Virus genome (UHGV): UHGV-0190738
Reading direction: 5' to 3' (one strand)
From: a virus
DNA: 44,628 bases
Shown: positions 35,129 through 44,069 of the stretch, in pieces
How positions within the stretch are numbered: position 1 is the stretch's first letter
How the letters are laid out: each line of letters starts with the position of its first letter
Position numbers and translations under genes: made by a program
The notes under the pieces: generated by a model
The model's database searches: none
What the model was told of the DNA's origin: nothing
What the model saw: only the letters and a program-made list of their open reading frames with translations

Positions 35129-35443
35129 TTATTTCTTATTTACAATCCGCAAAGCGTCCTCCACAGATCTTGCTACCCCATACAATACAGGCTGCTCTTT
35201 TAAAAAATCTCCGAATCGTATTTGATCTGGTCGAAGCTTGCCAGTTTCGTTTTTGACTTCGATATAAATTGATTTTCCATCAGAGTTACGATGCCCACAT
35301 AAATCGGGAAAGCCTTTTGGCATACCATAAAATTGTCTGCCTTCTATAGTTGTAACTTGCCCGGCATTAGATCTAAAAATGGTACAACCATTCTTTGATA
35401 AAGCAATTCTTATCTCATCTTGTATTTGGTGTTCTGATTTCAT
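35129..35443 (-). CDS. VRR-NUC domain nuclease (PD-(D/E)xK).
   Basis: GMPKGFPDL...IYIEVK matches the VRR-NUC catalytic motifs. Confidence 0.65.
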   Translation of the reverse strand: MKSEHQIQDEIRIALSKNGCTIFRSNAGQVTTIEGRQFYGMPKGFPDLCGHRNSDGKSIYIEVKNETGKLRPDQIRFGDFLKEQPVLYGVARSVEDALRIVNKK

Positions 35444-35695
35444 AATTAGGGATACTTCCCTCCCTCTCGATAAGCGTTGATATTAAAGGCTTTTGAAGCA
35501 ATTTAGAGATAGTTTAGGAGAGTTTATATCAAAAACCCTATTACTTTATATATATTTACTTAATCATTTTATATATTTACTCTTTATATTTATTTTTTAA
35601 CTATCCCTAAAAGAAGAAAAAAGTAATATAAGTATTGATATATTAAGGTTTTCGAACGGGGAGGGTCGCATTCCAAAGTATCCCCGTTCTATCCC
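35444..35695. other. Candidate origin of replication: an AT-rich non-coding region downstream of the primase gene, with direct repeats and a perfect hairpin.
   Basis: ATATATTTACT at 35550-35560 and 35571-35581 (21-bp spacing), further TTTATATTTATT iterations, and a perfect inverted repeat GAACGGGGA-N18-TCCCCGTTC (35654-35689). Sfi21-type phages place ori here. Confidence 0.4.
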
Positions 35696-38008
35696 TTATC
35701 TGAACAACTCTCTCACATTGTCATATTTTCTACGTTTAATTGTGATTCCTTCATAAACCATCAGACCGCTAGTTTTTTTCTTCGAATACTTCTTTGATAT
35801 TTCTCTACCAAATTTCGTATTGGTAAATGTATGCTCACCATTATCGCTTGCCCACTCTCGATACACTTTATAAAGTTCGCCACCAGCAATAGATAATCCT
35901 GGACCAACATCACAACACGTTTCGATAAATGTTCCAATTTGATCCATTTCACTACGATAGTCTTGACTAGCCGCAACAACCGATTGTGGTTTTTGCAACC
36001 CATCTCTCTGCCACATTAAGCAGCCGTCAATCGCCCATTTGAGAATACCTTGTAATTCGGTTTGTAATTTAAATTTCAGGTTTTTATCCTTTTTATGGTC
36101 TGGTATTTGTACGATGAAAGGAATCAAATTCAACCGCCGCCAGATACCGTCATCAGTCCCACGAATAATTGGTTTGTGATTAGTGGCCAGCCATAATTTA
36201 AATTCAGGTTCAAACTCGAATTCCTTTCCATAAAGATGCCGTGCGGTCACCTTATCACCACCAGTCAACTGCTTGACCAAACCTTCGTCCAGCCGAACGC
36301 CTTCATTTGGTTCTGATGATGTGACTAACCGCGCGCCTTTTAATCGAGCAATATCACTGTTTGCAGATGATTGACTTTGCTTGACCATAATTGTTTGCGC
36401 CTGCATCGTCATAGCGTAATTTCCCATTAATTCAGAAATGATTTCCAAAAACACTGACTTACCGTTTGAACCATGCCCATAAAGAATGAACATACATTGC
36501 TCTCTCGTGGAACCTGTAAGCGAATAGCCAACGCATTTTTGAATGTAACGAATCAACTCTTGATCGTTGTTGAATATCTGATTAATAAATTCTTCCCACA
36601 TAGGGCAATCAACCGATTCGGTGTATTCAATGTTTGAGATTCTAGTAAACATCTTTTGAATCTCGTGGTCATGTAGAAGCCCATCGCTTAATGACAAATA
36701 GCCGCTCTGTGTATTAAATAATGATTTATCTTTGTCGAATTCTTCTGGCAGAACAGACAATCGATGTTTTAATTCATCCATCATGGCATTTTTCCCTGCG
36801 TTGCTTCGAGACCGTTTGACGTGTTTTTCTTTTGCTTTTTCTAACGCCTCTCTCGTCTCGTCATCAGCATTTTCAGGAACACTCAATGGTTCTTTGCCCA
36901 TAATTTCCACTGTGGTATCTACCATTTTTCGAACTTCGCCAGTGTTGTCTTGAAGCCAAACTTTCCCGTCGTAGTAATACCACGATTTATCGATATATGA
37001 ATACTTAACCAATGTTCCATAAATATCATTGAACCGATCAGCATTGCCCGTATCGTCATAGGAATAAAATTTCTTTTCTTTCGGATGCTCTTGGTCTTTG
37101 ATGAAAATTCTAAAATCAGATTTTCGCTTTGGATTATAAACGGCATTTGTATCCGCGATTGCTTTATTTAAAAGCCCTTCACCGTAAGTCGTAGCGCCTC
37201 GTTTTTGATCGTATTTAGTACGAATCATTGCAGATGCTCGAAAAATTTCATCCATCTTTTCGTAATCTCTACCAGTCCAAAAAGCTAGGTCATTAGCAAA
37301 GGCCATATCCGCTTCGGATTGCGAGGAATAAAAAGCTTCCCAACCGCCATCCATGAAAACTTTAAATCTTGCACCTTGTGAAGACGATTCAGCACGTTGG
37401 ATAATTTCTTCGATAGGTAAATCAACGGTATTCATTAATGGATTTTCTTCTTTAAATTGGATGATTCTTTTATCACCAACATATCGATCATAAAGTCGTT
37501 TGATATTTTTTGGGTCAGATTCGATAACATCAGTATATTTGGATGCCGAATGACCCGTCATAACGAAGAAACGTCCTTCTTGATACATCTCAACATCGCC
37601 TTTACGACGCCTCCCGCCAGGCAGTTTGCCTCGAGCAATAATGTGGATGCCTGTACCAGACTGAGAATATTCAGCATATGATTTCATACTTTCGATAAAT
37701 TCATAAATAATATTCTCTTCCACATCACCCATCTTATAGCGCTCAACTTCGCCTTCAGCATTATCAATATCAATCCCAAAATATGGTGGTTTGAAGAAAA
37801 AACCTAGACCAGTCATCTCAAATTTATTGATAGCATCGAGAGCGGTCTGAAAATCAGACCATGTACTCTCGTCGTTAGATTTTGCCTTGTATCCATTGTT
37901 TGCGTTATATGGAATTTTTGTATGTTTCTTTCGCTTCTCGTCCCAAACAAGCTTGTAAACACACCATTGTTTGAGATTTTTAAGCTCTGTTGGGATTTTT
38001 TCGTACAT
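35696..38008 (-). CDS. Bifunctional primase-polymerase / P4-type primase C-terminal SF3 helicase.
   Basis: N-terminal Prim-Pol-like region. Walker A ILYGHGSNGKSVFLEI in the C-terminal half. Size 770 aa. Replication-module position. Confidence 0.8.
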   Translation of the reverse strand: MYEKIPTELKNLKQWCVYKLVWDEKRKKHTKIPYNANNGYKAKSNDESTWSDFQTALDAINKFEMTGLGFFFKPPYFGIDIDNAEGEVERYKMGDVEENIIYEFIESMKSYAEYSQSGTGIHIIARGKLPGGRRRKGDVEMYQEGRFFVMTGHSASKYTDVIESDPKNIKRLYDRYVGDKRIIQFKEENPLMNTVDLPIEEIIQRAESSSQGARFKVFMDGGWEAFYSSQSEADMAFANDLAFWTGRDYEKMDEIFRASAMIRTKYDQKRGATTYGEGLLNKAIADTNAVYNPKRKSDFRIFIKDQEHPKEKKFYSYDDTGNADRFNDIYGTLVKYSYIDKSWYYYDGKVWLQDNTGEVRKMVDTTVEIMGKEPLSVPENADDETREALEKAKEKHVKRSRSNAGKNAMMDELKHRLSVLPEEFDKDKSLFNTQSGYLSLSDGLLHDHEIQKMFTRISNIEYTESVDCPMWEEFINQIFNNDQELIRYIQKCVGYSLTGSTREQCMFILYGHGSNGKSVFLEIISELMGNYAMTMQAQTIMVKQSQSSANSDIARLKGARLVTSSEPNEGVRLDEGLVKQLTGGDKVTARHLYGKEFEFEPEFKLWLATNHKPIIRGTDDGIWRRLNLIPFIVQIPDHKKDKNLKFKLQTELQGILKWAIDGCLMWQRDGLQKPQSVVAASQDYRSEMDQIGTFIETCCDVGPGLSIAGGELYKVYREWASDNGEHTFTNTKFGREISKKYSKKKTSGLMVYEGITIKRRKYDNVRELFR

Positions 38009-38023
38009 CTTTACACCTCGTGA

Positions 38024-38524
38024 TTAGAATGGTAGGTCATCTTCTTTTACGGTTGGAGCTGGTTCACGACTAGGCCCAAATGATGGTTCATCTCCATTTT
38101 TAAATTGGTGATTTACTGGTCCAGTTGTGTTTGTCTTTTCCCAAGACTTAACATTCACGTTTTTATAACCATTTGATTCTTCTGTTTTCACTCGAACTAA
38201 CGCAGGCTTTAGCACAAAGTCAGCTAATAGTTCATCAAATCCGTTATAAGATTTCCCGTCTTCTAGTTGCAATGCTTGAGCGATTGCCATGATCATACCC
38301 TCGTTGTACTTTCCAGTTGCTTTGGCTTTCCAAATTTTTGGAAAAATGTGTTTGTTTTGGAATTGTTGCTGCACATCATTTCTTACGATTAAATCAATAT
38401 CAATAAATTCTGCACCAGATTTTGTTGCATTTTCTACTGCTTTATTCACGACCACTTCATAAGTTCCGTCTTTTATTTCGTTTCCTTGTTGTGCTTTTGA
38501 AAAATCTAAATTAAATCCTGTCAT
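38024..38524 (-). CDS. DUF669-like single-strand-binding-type protein, with an SSB-like acidic C-terminal tip.
   Basis: Position between helicase and primase as in Sfi21 orf143. The C-terminus ...EDDLPF mimics the bacterial SSB tail DDDIPF. Confidence 0.5.
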   Translation of the reverse strand: MTGFNLDFSKAQQGNEIKDGTYEVVVNKAVENATKSGAEFIDIDLIVRNDVQQQFQNKHIFPKIWKAKATGKYNEGMIMAIAQALQLEDGKSYNGFDELLADFVLKPALVRVKTEESNGYKNVNVKSWEKTNTTGPVNHQFKNGDEPSFGPSREPAPTVKEDDLPF

Positions 38525-38525
38525 G

Positions 38526-38849
38526 TTAGTTTCCTCCTGTAATTTGTTTTAATTGGTTGTCGATAAATTCAATGCCTTCACAGAAATTACGAAACTCCGC
38601 ATCTCCGCCAAATGAAATAGTAATCTCTTGTGATTCTAAATCTAATGCTGTTCTTCTTAATGAATCTCTGGCTTGCACAGTCATATAAGTCCCTCCTAAA
38701 TCTTTGATAGTAAGATGAGTCATTGATCCATTACCAGCATCGCCGCCTTGCTCGCCGTTTGTTTGGACGGTAAATTTTGTGATGCAAGCATCGGTAATGG
38801 TTTTTGAGGAGTTTATTTCGTAATTATTCATTCGGGTGCTCCTTTTCAT
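38526..38849 (-). CDS. Hypothetical protein.
   Basis: ORF only. Confidence 0.35.
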   Translation of the reverse strand: MKRSTRMNNYEINSSKTITDACITKFTVQTNGEQGGDAGNGSMTHLTIKDLGGTYMTVQARDSLRRTALDLESQEITISFGGDAEFRNFCEGIEFIDNQLKQITGGN

Positions 38850-39471
38850 ATTTTTCTAAGATAGGTTTGAAATATTTTTCTTCTGCTGCAAGTCGTGCTT
38901 CGATTGCTTCTTGTTTGGTTTCAAAACGTCCAAGGAAAATTCGCTTGCCTTGAAATCTTAAACCTGCTTGCCATTTGTTTCTTTTACTGTCATAACTAAC
39001 GCCTCTATCTGCGGGGCCATTTATTGTTTTTTTAATTCTATTAATTTGTGTAATAAGTTTTCTTTTCTCTTTTTCTTTCTTTATTATTTTATCGATTAAT
39101 TTTGTATAACCGTTACTTTTATATGGGATATTTAAATAATCACAAGCAGCTTTAAAATCATTTGTATAACACTCAAAACGATTGTTTATAGCCACTGACC
39201 ATTTGTTTCGATTCGAATCATAATTTATACCTTTTATTCCTGTTTTCGATTTCGGCCGTATATTTCTCAGCTGGTTTGTTTTAGAACTATTTCGATAACC
39301 AGTCATTCTATTTTTTATATTTGAACCAGCATGAAGGGTTACTTTGTCAGTCGTTTTATTTCGAACTACAAAAATTTGGTTCCCATTCTCGTTAGAAGTA
39401 TCGGTAGGTCCAATGACAATAAAGTTTTTATTTTCTAAACCAGTCAAGTCCTCGTAATTCACTACAACCAC
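38824..39471 (-). CDS. AP2-domain DNA-binding protein (two AP2-like repeats). Homing-endonuclease-like insertion in the replication module.
   Basis: GVSYDSKRNKWQAGLRFQGKRIFLGRFETKQEAIEARLAAEEKY and GINYDSNRNKWSVAINNRFECY are AP2 signatures. The gene is markedly AT-richer than its neighbours. Confidence 0.5.
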   Translation of the reverse strand: MVVVNYEDLTGLENKNFIVIGPTDTSNENGNQIFVVRNKTTDKVTLHAGSNIKNRMTGYRNSSKTNQLRNIRPKSKTGIKGINYDSNRNKWSVAINNRFECYTNDFKAACDYLNIPYKSNGYTKLIDKIIKKEKEKRKLITQINRIKKTINGPADRGVSYDSKRNKWQAGLRFQGKRIFLGRFETKQEAIEARLAAEEKYFKPILEKYEKEHPNE

Positions 39472-40811
39472 CCCTTCCTCTTACTAGCCATGTACGCCCA
39501 ACCGGGTTTAAAGCCTTTGGCTCTAGCAATTGCGTATAAATCTTCAACTGTGGAAGCTTCATCTTCCGTCATGTTGTAATACTTGTTGTTCTCGAAGTTC
39601 AACGTGATTTTCGTTTCTCCAACTTTCATCAACTCTGCTGTTTCATCAACTTCAATCTCGCTTTTCCGTTCTTCAATCGGTTGTGCTTTTCCGCAATACG
39701 GACAAATATTTTCGCCCTTTGGCCTTTCATAAGCCCCAAAACAAAACTGGCATTGTACGACTGACACATCACTATCAGTTTTCGTTTTCTTTTTTGTATC
39801 TAAGCTCCATTCGCGATCCATATCAGGCAATCCAAAGCGATTCACATTACCTACGTGATCAATGACGACTGACCGCTTGCCTTCTTTAAATCGCATCCCC
39901 CTCATCGATTGCTGAATGTACAATGATAACGATTGAGTAGGTCTCAACATAATTACAGTCGAACAATCTGGTACATCAAACCCTTCACCAATCAAATCCA
40001 CATTGCACAGAATTTTTATTTCGTGTTTGCGAAACGATTCAATGATTTCCGAGCGTTCATCCTTTGGCGTTTTAGCGTCGATATGAGCGGCTTTATAACC
40101 CGCTTGGTTAAATATATTAGCGGTGTGTTTACTCGCCTCTATACTGTGACAATAGGCAATTGCCTGTTCACCTTCTGCTAACGTTTTATAATGTTTCAAT
40201 ACATCACCATAAATAGTATTTTTGACTGCCTTATCCATTGATTTCTTTGTAAAATCTCCAGTCGAAGCTTTCTTCAATTCAGCGGTATCAATCAATTTAG
40301 GTGCATAATATTCGTATGGCGCTAATCGGTGATTTTCAATTAACCATTTAGCCGACACGCCTTCGATCAATAAATCATTCACATCGCCTAATCCGCTCCC
40401 GTTTAATCGGATAGGCGTTGCGGTAAAGCCTAATCTCGGAACATCTGAATAATATTCATAGATTTTTCGGTACGAAGCAGCTAATCCGTGATGGTTCTCG
40501 TCAGTAATAATGAGTTGCGGTTTTTTGATTGTTTCAAGGTGTCGCACAACTGTTTGAACCATTCCAAAATTTACTAGCGCATTATTCACACCGATTTCTT
40601 TAAATGTATTTTTGATTTGATCAATCAATTCTCGTCTATGAACCAAGAACAGAACGCGATTGCCTTTTAAAGTCGTCATACGTGCGATTTCAGCGACCAT
40701 AACCGACTTACCTGAACCACATGGCGAAACGATGCAAGGCGCTTTAAAACCTTCGATATAAGCCTGTCTAGCACGTTTGACTAAATCATTCTGATAATCG
40801 TACAGTTCCAT
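39462..40811 (-). CDS. SF2 (DEAD/DEAH, SNF2-like) DNA helicase with a C-terminal zinc ribbon.
   Basis: Motif I SPCGSGKS, motif II DENHH, C-terminal CQFC...CPYC. The start MELYDYQ is at 40811. Confidence 0.8.
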   Translation of the reverse strand: MELYDYQNDLVKRARQAYIEGFKAPCIVSPCGSGKSVMVAEIARMTTLKGNRVLFLVHRRELIDQIKNTFKEIGVNNALVNFGMVQTVVRHLETIKKPQLIITDENHHGLAASYRKIYEYYSDVPRLGFTATPIRLNGSGLGDVNDLLIEGVSAKWLIENHRLAPYEYYAPKLIDTAELKKASTGDFTKKSMDKAVKNTIYGDVLKHYKTLAEGEQAIAYCHSIEASKHTANIFNQAGYKAAHIDAKTPKDERSEIIESFRKHEIKILCNVDLIGEGFDVPDCSTVIMLRPTQSLSLYIQQSMRGMRFKEGKRSVVIDHVGNVNRFGLPDMDREWSLDTKKKTKTDSDVSVVQCQFCFGAYERPKGENICPYCGKAQPIEERKSEIEVDETAELMKVGETKITLNFENNKYYNMTEDEASTVEDLYAIARAKGFKPGWAYMASKRKGWL

Positions 40812-41499
40812 CAATGTTAAACAACTCCTCTTGCAGAGCAAACTCTCGATCATCTAGTTGGTTCTTAGCAAATGTTTGATCTGTTCGTTTCAACAAAAAA
40901 CCTCGTGTTCCTGTTTCTTCATTGATCATTAACCGGCCAACCATATTCATCAGGCCCATGACGTTGTTAACAATCTTCTCTCGAATCTGTGGATGAAACT
41001 GATTGAATATCTGACCGCCTGGTGATTGGATTTGAATTTGCGTTTCCCATGCAGTAAATACTTTATTTACACCTTTCCATGAATTGATATACCGAATCAT
41101 GTCAGGCAGATAGAATGAGAATTTATTGTAGTCACCCATTTCAGGAATGCCCATTGCTTTTCCATCGCGTGTCTTTGATAATCTTGATTTCTCTGCTAAC
41201 CACGCTTGTTCGAATTCAGATAAGTTATCAAAAAAGATATTGTCATATTGATCTAAATAATTATCATGGATATCCTTCAACATTTTTTTCATTCCGACTT
41301 CCACATCATTCAAATCTGCATAAACGATGTCGATGTTTGGATTGCCTGCTAAAACATTCGTCGTACGGTCAATGTCGATGACTAGCGTTTTACCTTTTAG
41401 ATAGTTGGCCGTATATGTTTTTCCTCCGCCAGGCGGGGCGTAGATCAAGACAGAGAAACTACTTGCACGATCAATATCAGTTGCTTTGATTATTTCCAT
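40786..41499 (-). CDS. AAA-family ATPase (Sak4-like / AAA_24, RecA-like core).
   Basis: Walker A YAPPGGGKT. Size about 237 aa. Position as for Sfi21 orf233. Confidence 0.7.
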   Translation of the reverse strand: MEIIKATDIDRASSFSVLIYAPPGGGKTYTANYLKGKTLVIDIDRTTNVLAGNPNIDIVYADLNDVEVGMKKMLKDIHDNYLDQYDNIFFDNLSEFEQAWLAEKSRLSKTRDGKAMGIPEMGDYNKFSFYLPDMIRYINSWKGVNKVFTAWETQIQIQSPGGQIFNQFHPQIREKIVNNVMGLMNMVGRLMINEETGTRGFLLKRTDQTFAKNQLDDREFALQEELFNIDGTVRLSE

Positions 41500-41979
41500 C
41501 TATCTCACCCTCAGCCCTTCAGTTTGCACTAACTCAGCGCCTGGAATCTCACCGTGTTTCAATTCTTCTTTAAGTTGTTTTTTGTCCAGTTTTGGTTCTT
41601 GTTCTATAAAAAAGCTTTTAGGAATCATACTTTCATCCGTCACGTTTACAGAAGGCGGGTTATTCTGAATCCATATACTCAGTAGTGGGGTCTTGGCTTT
41701 GTTAACACCAGTTAATTTCATAGAATCATATGCATAACATTGCAAACTATCAATTGACTTTTCTATGCTCTGCTTTTTCTCTGCTAGTTCTTTCATTGCA
41801 TCTTGAATCGCTTTAATATCTGCTTTCTTTTCTTTTATGATGAAACCGATATTGATCACTTTGTTTTCGATCTCATCGCTGATTGAATCCAGAGTGTCCC
41901 TTAACGTTTCTGAATCTAAATCTTCCATTTCAGCAACCTTGCGGTAATTATTCGTTAATTCGTAAAGTTTCAATAACAT
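41500..41979 (-). CDS. Siphovirus Gp157-family protein.
   Basis: MLLKLYELTNNYRKV... N-terminus and size about 160 aa match Gp157 (Sfi21/Sfi11 orf157). RBS GAGAGGAG. Confidence 0.5.
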   Translation of the reverse strand: MLLKLYELTNNYRKVAEMEDLDSETLRDTLDSISDEIENKVINIGFIIKEKKADIKAIQDAMKELAEKKQSIEKSIDSLQCYAYDSMKLTGVNKAKTPLLSIWIQNNPPSVNVTDESMIPKSFFIEQEPKLDKKQLKEELKHGEIPGAELVQTEGLRVR

Positions 41980-42295
41980 CTTCTCCTCTCTTCGGCTGTA
42001 ATCCGAAATAATCGGCATAACCGTTGTTAATAATCCACGTTAGCAATGCTTCTTTAATTATTTCTGAATACTCGCTAGGCAACATCACTTCTCGCAGTTC
42101 TTCATTTGCTTCGCCAGCGGTCAATTCTTCCACATATTCTTTTGAGTAACGTTCTAAATTTTCTTCCAGCAGTATCCCGTAAGAATTGATATACACGGTA
42201 CTATTTGTGTAAATGTCATCCCCGTAGTAATCCTTCAAAATTGGTTCGTCATAATCAGGTTCTAGCGGCACACCTAGTGAATCTCTAATGGTCAT
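41948..42295 (-). CDS. Hypothetical acidic protein.
   Basis: ORF, with RBS AGGAGG. Confidence 0.4.
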   Translation of the reverse strand: MTIRDSLGVPLEPDYDEPILKDYYGDDIYTNSTVYINSYGILLEENLERYSKEYVEELTAGEANEELREVMLPSEYSEIIKEALLTWIINNGYADYFGLQPKRGEDVIETLRINE

Positions 42296-42364
42296 GTGGT
42301 ATAATTCCTCCTATAAGATATTTGTTTGACTAGCTTAGTTTGGTAGACGGGGCTAGTCTTTTTT
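42296..42364 (+). ncRNA. Candidate short plus-strand transcript: extended -10 TGGTATAAT (42296-42304), then hairpin GACTAGC-N17-GCTAGTC (42327-42357) plus T7.
   Basis: Strong intrinsic-terminator geometry on plus only. It would be antisense to the RBS/start region of the gene 41948-42295. Confidence 0.25.
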
Positions 42365-42550
42365 TGTGACTAAATTCGTTGGTTTTCCAAACGGTTGATT
42401 TATTAGATTTAGCTTCCCGTTCCCAGTTGTAGCAAACAAACTCTTCATAAATGTTTGAATCATAATCAGTTGTTCTTCTGACAATGCAACCGGATAGTAT
42501 TGATCACCTCTGATATACATAACGGCAAATGTTTCGTTAAAATCTTCCAC
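42353..42550 (-). CDS. Hypothetical small protein (GTG start).
   Basis: ORF, with RBS GGGGGTGA. Confidence 0.35.
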   Translation of the reverse strand: MEDFNETFAVMYIRGDQYYPVALSEEQLIMIQTFMKSLFATTGNGKLNLINQPFGKPTNLVTKKD

Positions 42551-42635
42551 ACTTTCACCCCCTTAAAATCAAATTAGTCACCAGCGAAGCTACAATACTC
42601 AAAACAACGATTAATATTTTTTCTTTTCTACTCAC

Positions 42636-42824
42636 CTAGTCAGCCCCCTCGGTTGGATTTTTTTGTTCATACTCCGCAATGTCGTAGATCAGTATCAATC
42701 CGAAAACTGCTGTAACATATGCTGCTTTTAACCAATCTGGCACATTACCTGTGATTGCTGCGCCAATTCCGAAAGCGAATAGCATTGCTCCTGTTCTACG
42801 AAGCCAATATAGTTTTTTCATCAT
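42636..42824 (-). CDS. Small membrane protein (two TMDs).
   Basis: AMLFAFGIGAAITG and AAYVTAVFGLILIY hydrophobic helices. RBS AGGAGG. Confidence 0.45.
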   Translation of the reverse strand: MMKKLYWLRRTGAMLFAFGIGAAITGNVPDWLKAAYVTAVFGLILIYDIAEYEQKNPTEGAD

Positions 42825-42832
42825 TAAACCTC

Positions 42833-43294
42833 CTACTGGCCCAACTCGTTTACTTTTTGTTGGCTCAAATTTGCTAACTCCGCCATGCGTACGTCTTTTT
42901 GTGCTGAATCATTTTGAGCGCTAGATAGTTCGTTACGCAGCTTATCAGCCTCTTGCTGTTTCTGCGTGACTTCTTGTTGCTTAGATTCGACTTCACGTTG
43001 TTTGGCTTCGATTTCAGATTGCTTCGCATTGACCTCGTTTTGTTTGTTTGCCAATTGCTGTTTCAAACTGTCTAGTTGATCTTGCAGGTTCTTTTGTTGC
43101 CCAGTCGTTTGATCAAGTTTGCTTTGAACGTCTGCTGCCTTCTGTTTGTTCTGCGTAGCAATGTTAGCCAGTTTGTAGATATTCTGTTCAACAGTTGTTG
43201 CGTTATCGAAGAACCCAACGCCTGCCGCGAATCCTACAGTTGATCCTAGAAACAATGCAGCGGTAACTCCTAGTGCAATTTTTTTATTTTTCAT
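42833..43294 (-). CDS. Membrane-anchored coiled-coil protein (N-terminal signal/TM, Gln/Lys-rich coiled coil).
   Basis: MKNKKIALGVTAALFLGSTVGFAAGVGFF is followed by a long QxxL heptad region. RBS AGGAAG. Confidence 0.5.
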   Translation of the reverse strand: MKNKKIALGVTAALFLGSTVGFAAGVGFFDNATTVEQNIYKLANIATQNKQKAADVQSKLDQTTGQQKNLQDQLDSLKQQLANKQNEVNAKQSEIEAKQREVESKQQEVTQKQQEADKLRNELSSAQNDSAQKDVRMAELANLSQQKVNELGQ

Positions 43295-43371
43295 TTTGCT
43301 ACTTCCTTTCTGTTGTATAATTTCCTTATCAGCAAGTGGTCTGCTGAAATAACTGATAAGGTGGTGAAAAT

Positions 43372-43596
43372 ATGGATAAAGACACATTCGAAAAAAATTT
43401 TTCTAAAATGTTAGACCGATTTGATGAAATGTACGATCAAGAAGAAAATTATTTAAGAAATGCCGAGGCTATCCAGAATACAATGCCTGATTCTTCTGAA
43501 TTAGAAAGAATGATAGCGTTACAAAGCACAATCAGTCGTGAAAGAACTGATAATCTAATTCGCGTCGCACTTAAAGAGTTTTTAGTGAACGAGTAA
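43372..43596 (+). CDS. Hypothetical small protein on the opposite strand within the early region. It is convergent with, and overlaps the 3' end of, the gene 43571-43810.
   Basis: RBS AAGGTGGTGA before the ATG. It has its own -10 (TTGTATAAT, 43313-43321), followed by the inverted repeat TTATCAG-N20-CTGATAA (43326-43359). Confidence 0.4.
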   Translation: MDKDTFEKNFSKMLDRFDEMYDQEENYLRNAEAIQNTMPDSSELERMIALQSTISRERTDNLIRVALKEFLVNE

Positions 43597-43810
43597 GCAA
43601 GTCGCTTGATTTTGTAATTGATTTTTCGTCAAGAGGGATAATGCTTTCTTGCGAAGAATCAGTTGCTTGTTTAATACCAATTTCAAATTCCATTGAAGCC
43701 AATTCGTCCGCCAACGATTTGGCTTCTTTTAATAGTTCGACATACCGTTCTGCTTTAGCCGTAGCTTCTTCTACTCCGATTAACTTTGCGTTTATGACTA
43801 AATCTGTCAT
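43571..43810 (-). CDS. Hypothetical early protein (starts MTDLVINAKL).
   Basis: RBS AGGAGAG before the internal ATG at 43810. Confidence 0.35.
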   Translation of the reverse strand: MTDLVINAKLIGVEEATAKAERYVELLKEAKSLADELASMEFEIGIKQATDSSQESIIPLDEKSITKSSDLLTRSLKTL

Positions 43811-43823
43811 TGTGTTCTCTCCT

Positions 43824-44069
43824 CTATTTAAATTTATTTTTGTCCTTCCAATCCAAAAATTGATCAAACAGATTAATATTTATCAGCACAATTTTGTAAG
43901 TCGGTGCTCGATAACCGCTTTTGTAATCTGGATGTACTTTGAACTCTGCTAACAATCTTTGAAATGTAGATTCATGTCCTTCAAATCCAAAATACTTAAT
44001 CGCTTCATCCTTTGGCATTGATAGTTGAGGCAATTTGATGGTTTCTGCTAAGTTAATTTTTTCAGGCAT
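43824..44069 (-). CDS. Putative small DNA-binding early protein (Xis/MerR-like HTH suspected).
   Basis: EAIKYFGFEGHESTFQRLLAEF resembles excisionase/MerR-type HTH. RBS AAAGGAGGA. Confidence 0.3.
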   Translation of the reverse strand: MPEKINLAETIKLPQLSMPKDEAIKYFGFEGHESTFQRLLAEFKVHPDYKSGYRAPTYKIVLININLFDQFLDWKDKNKFK

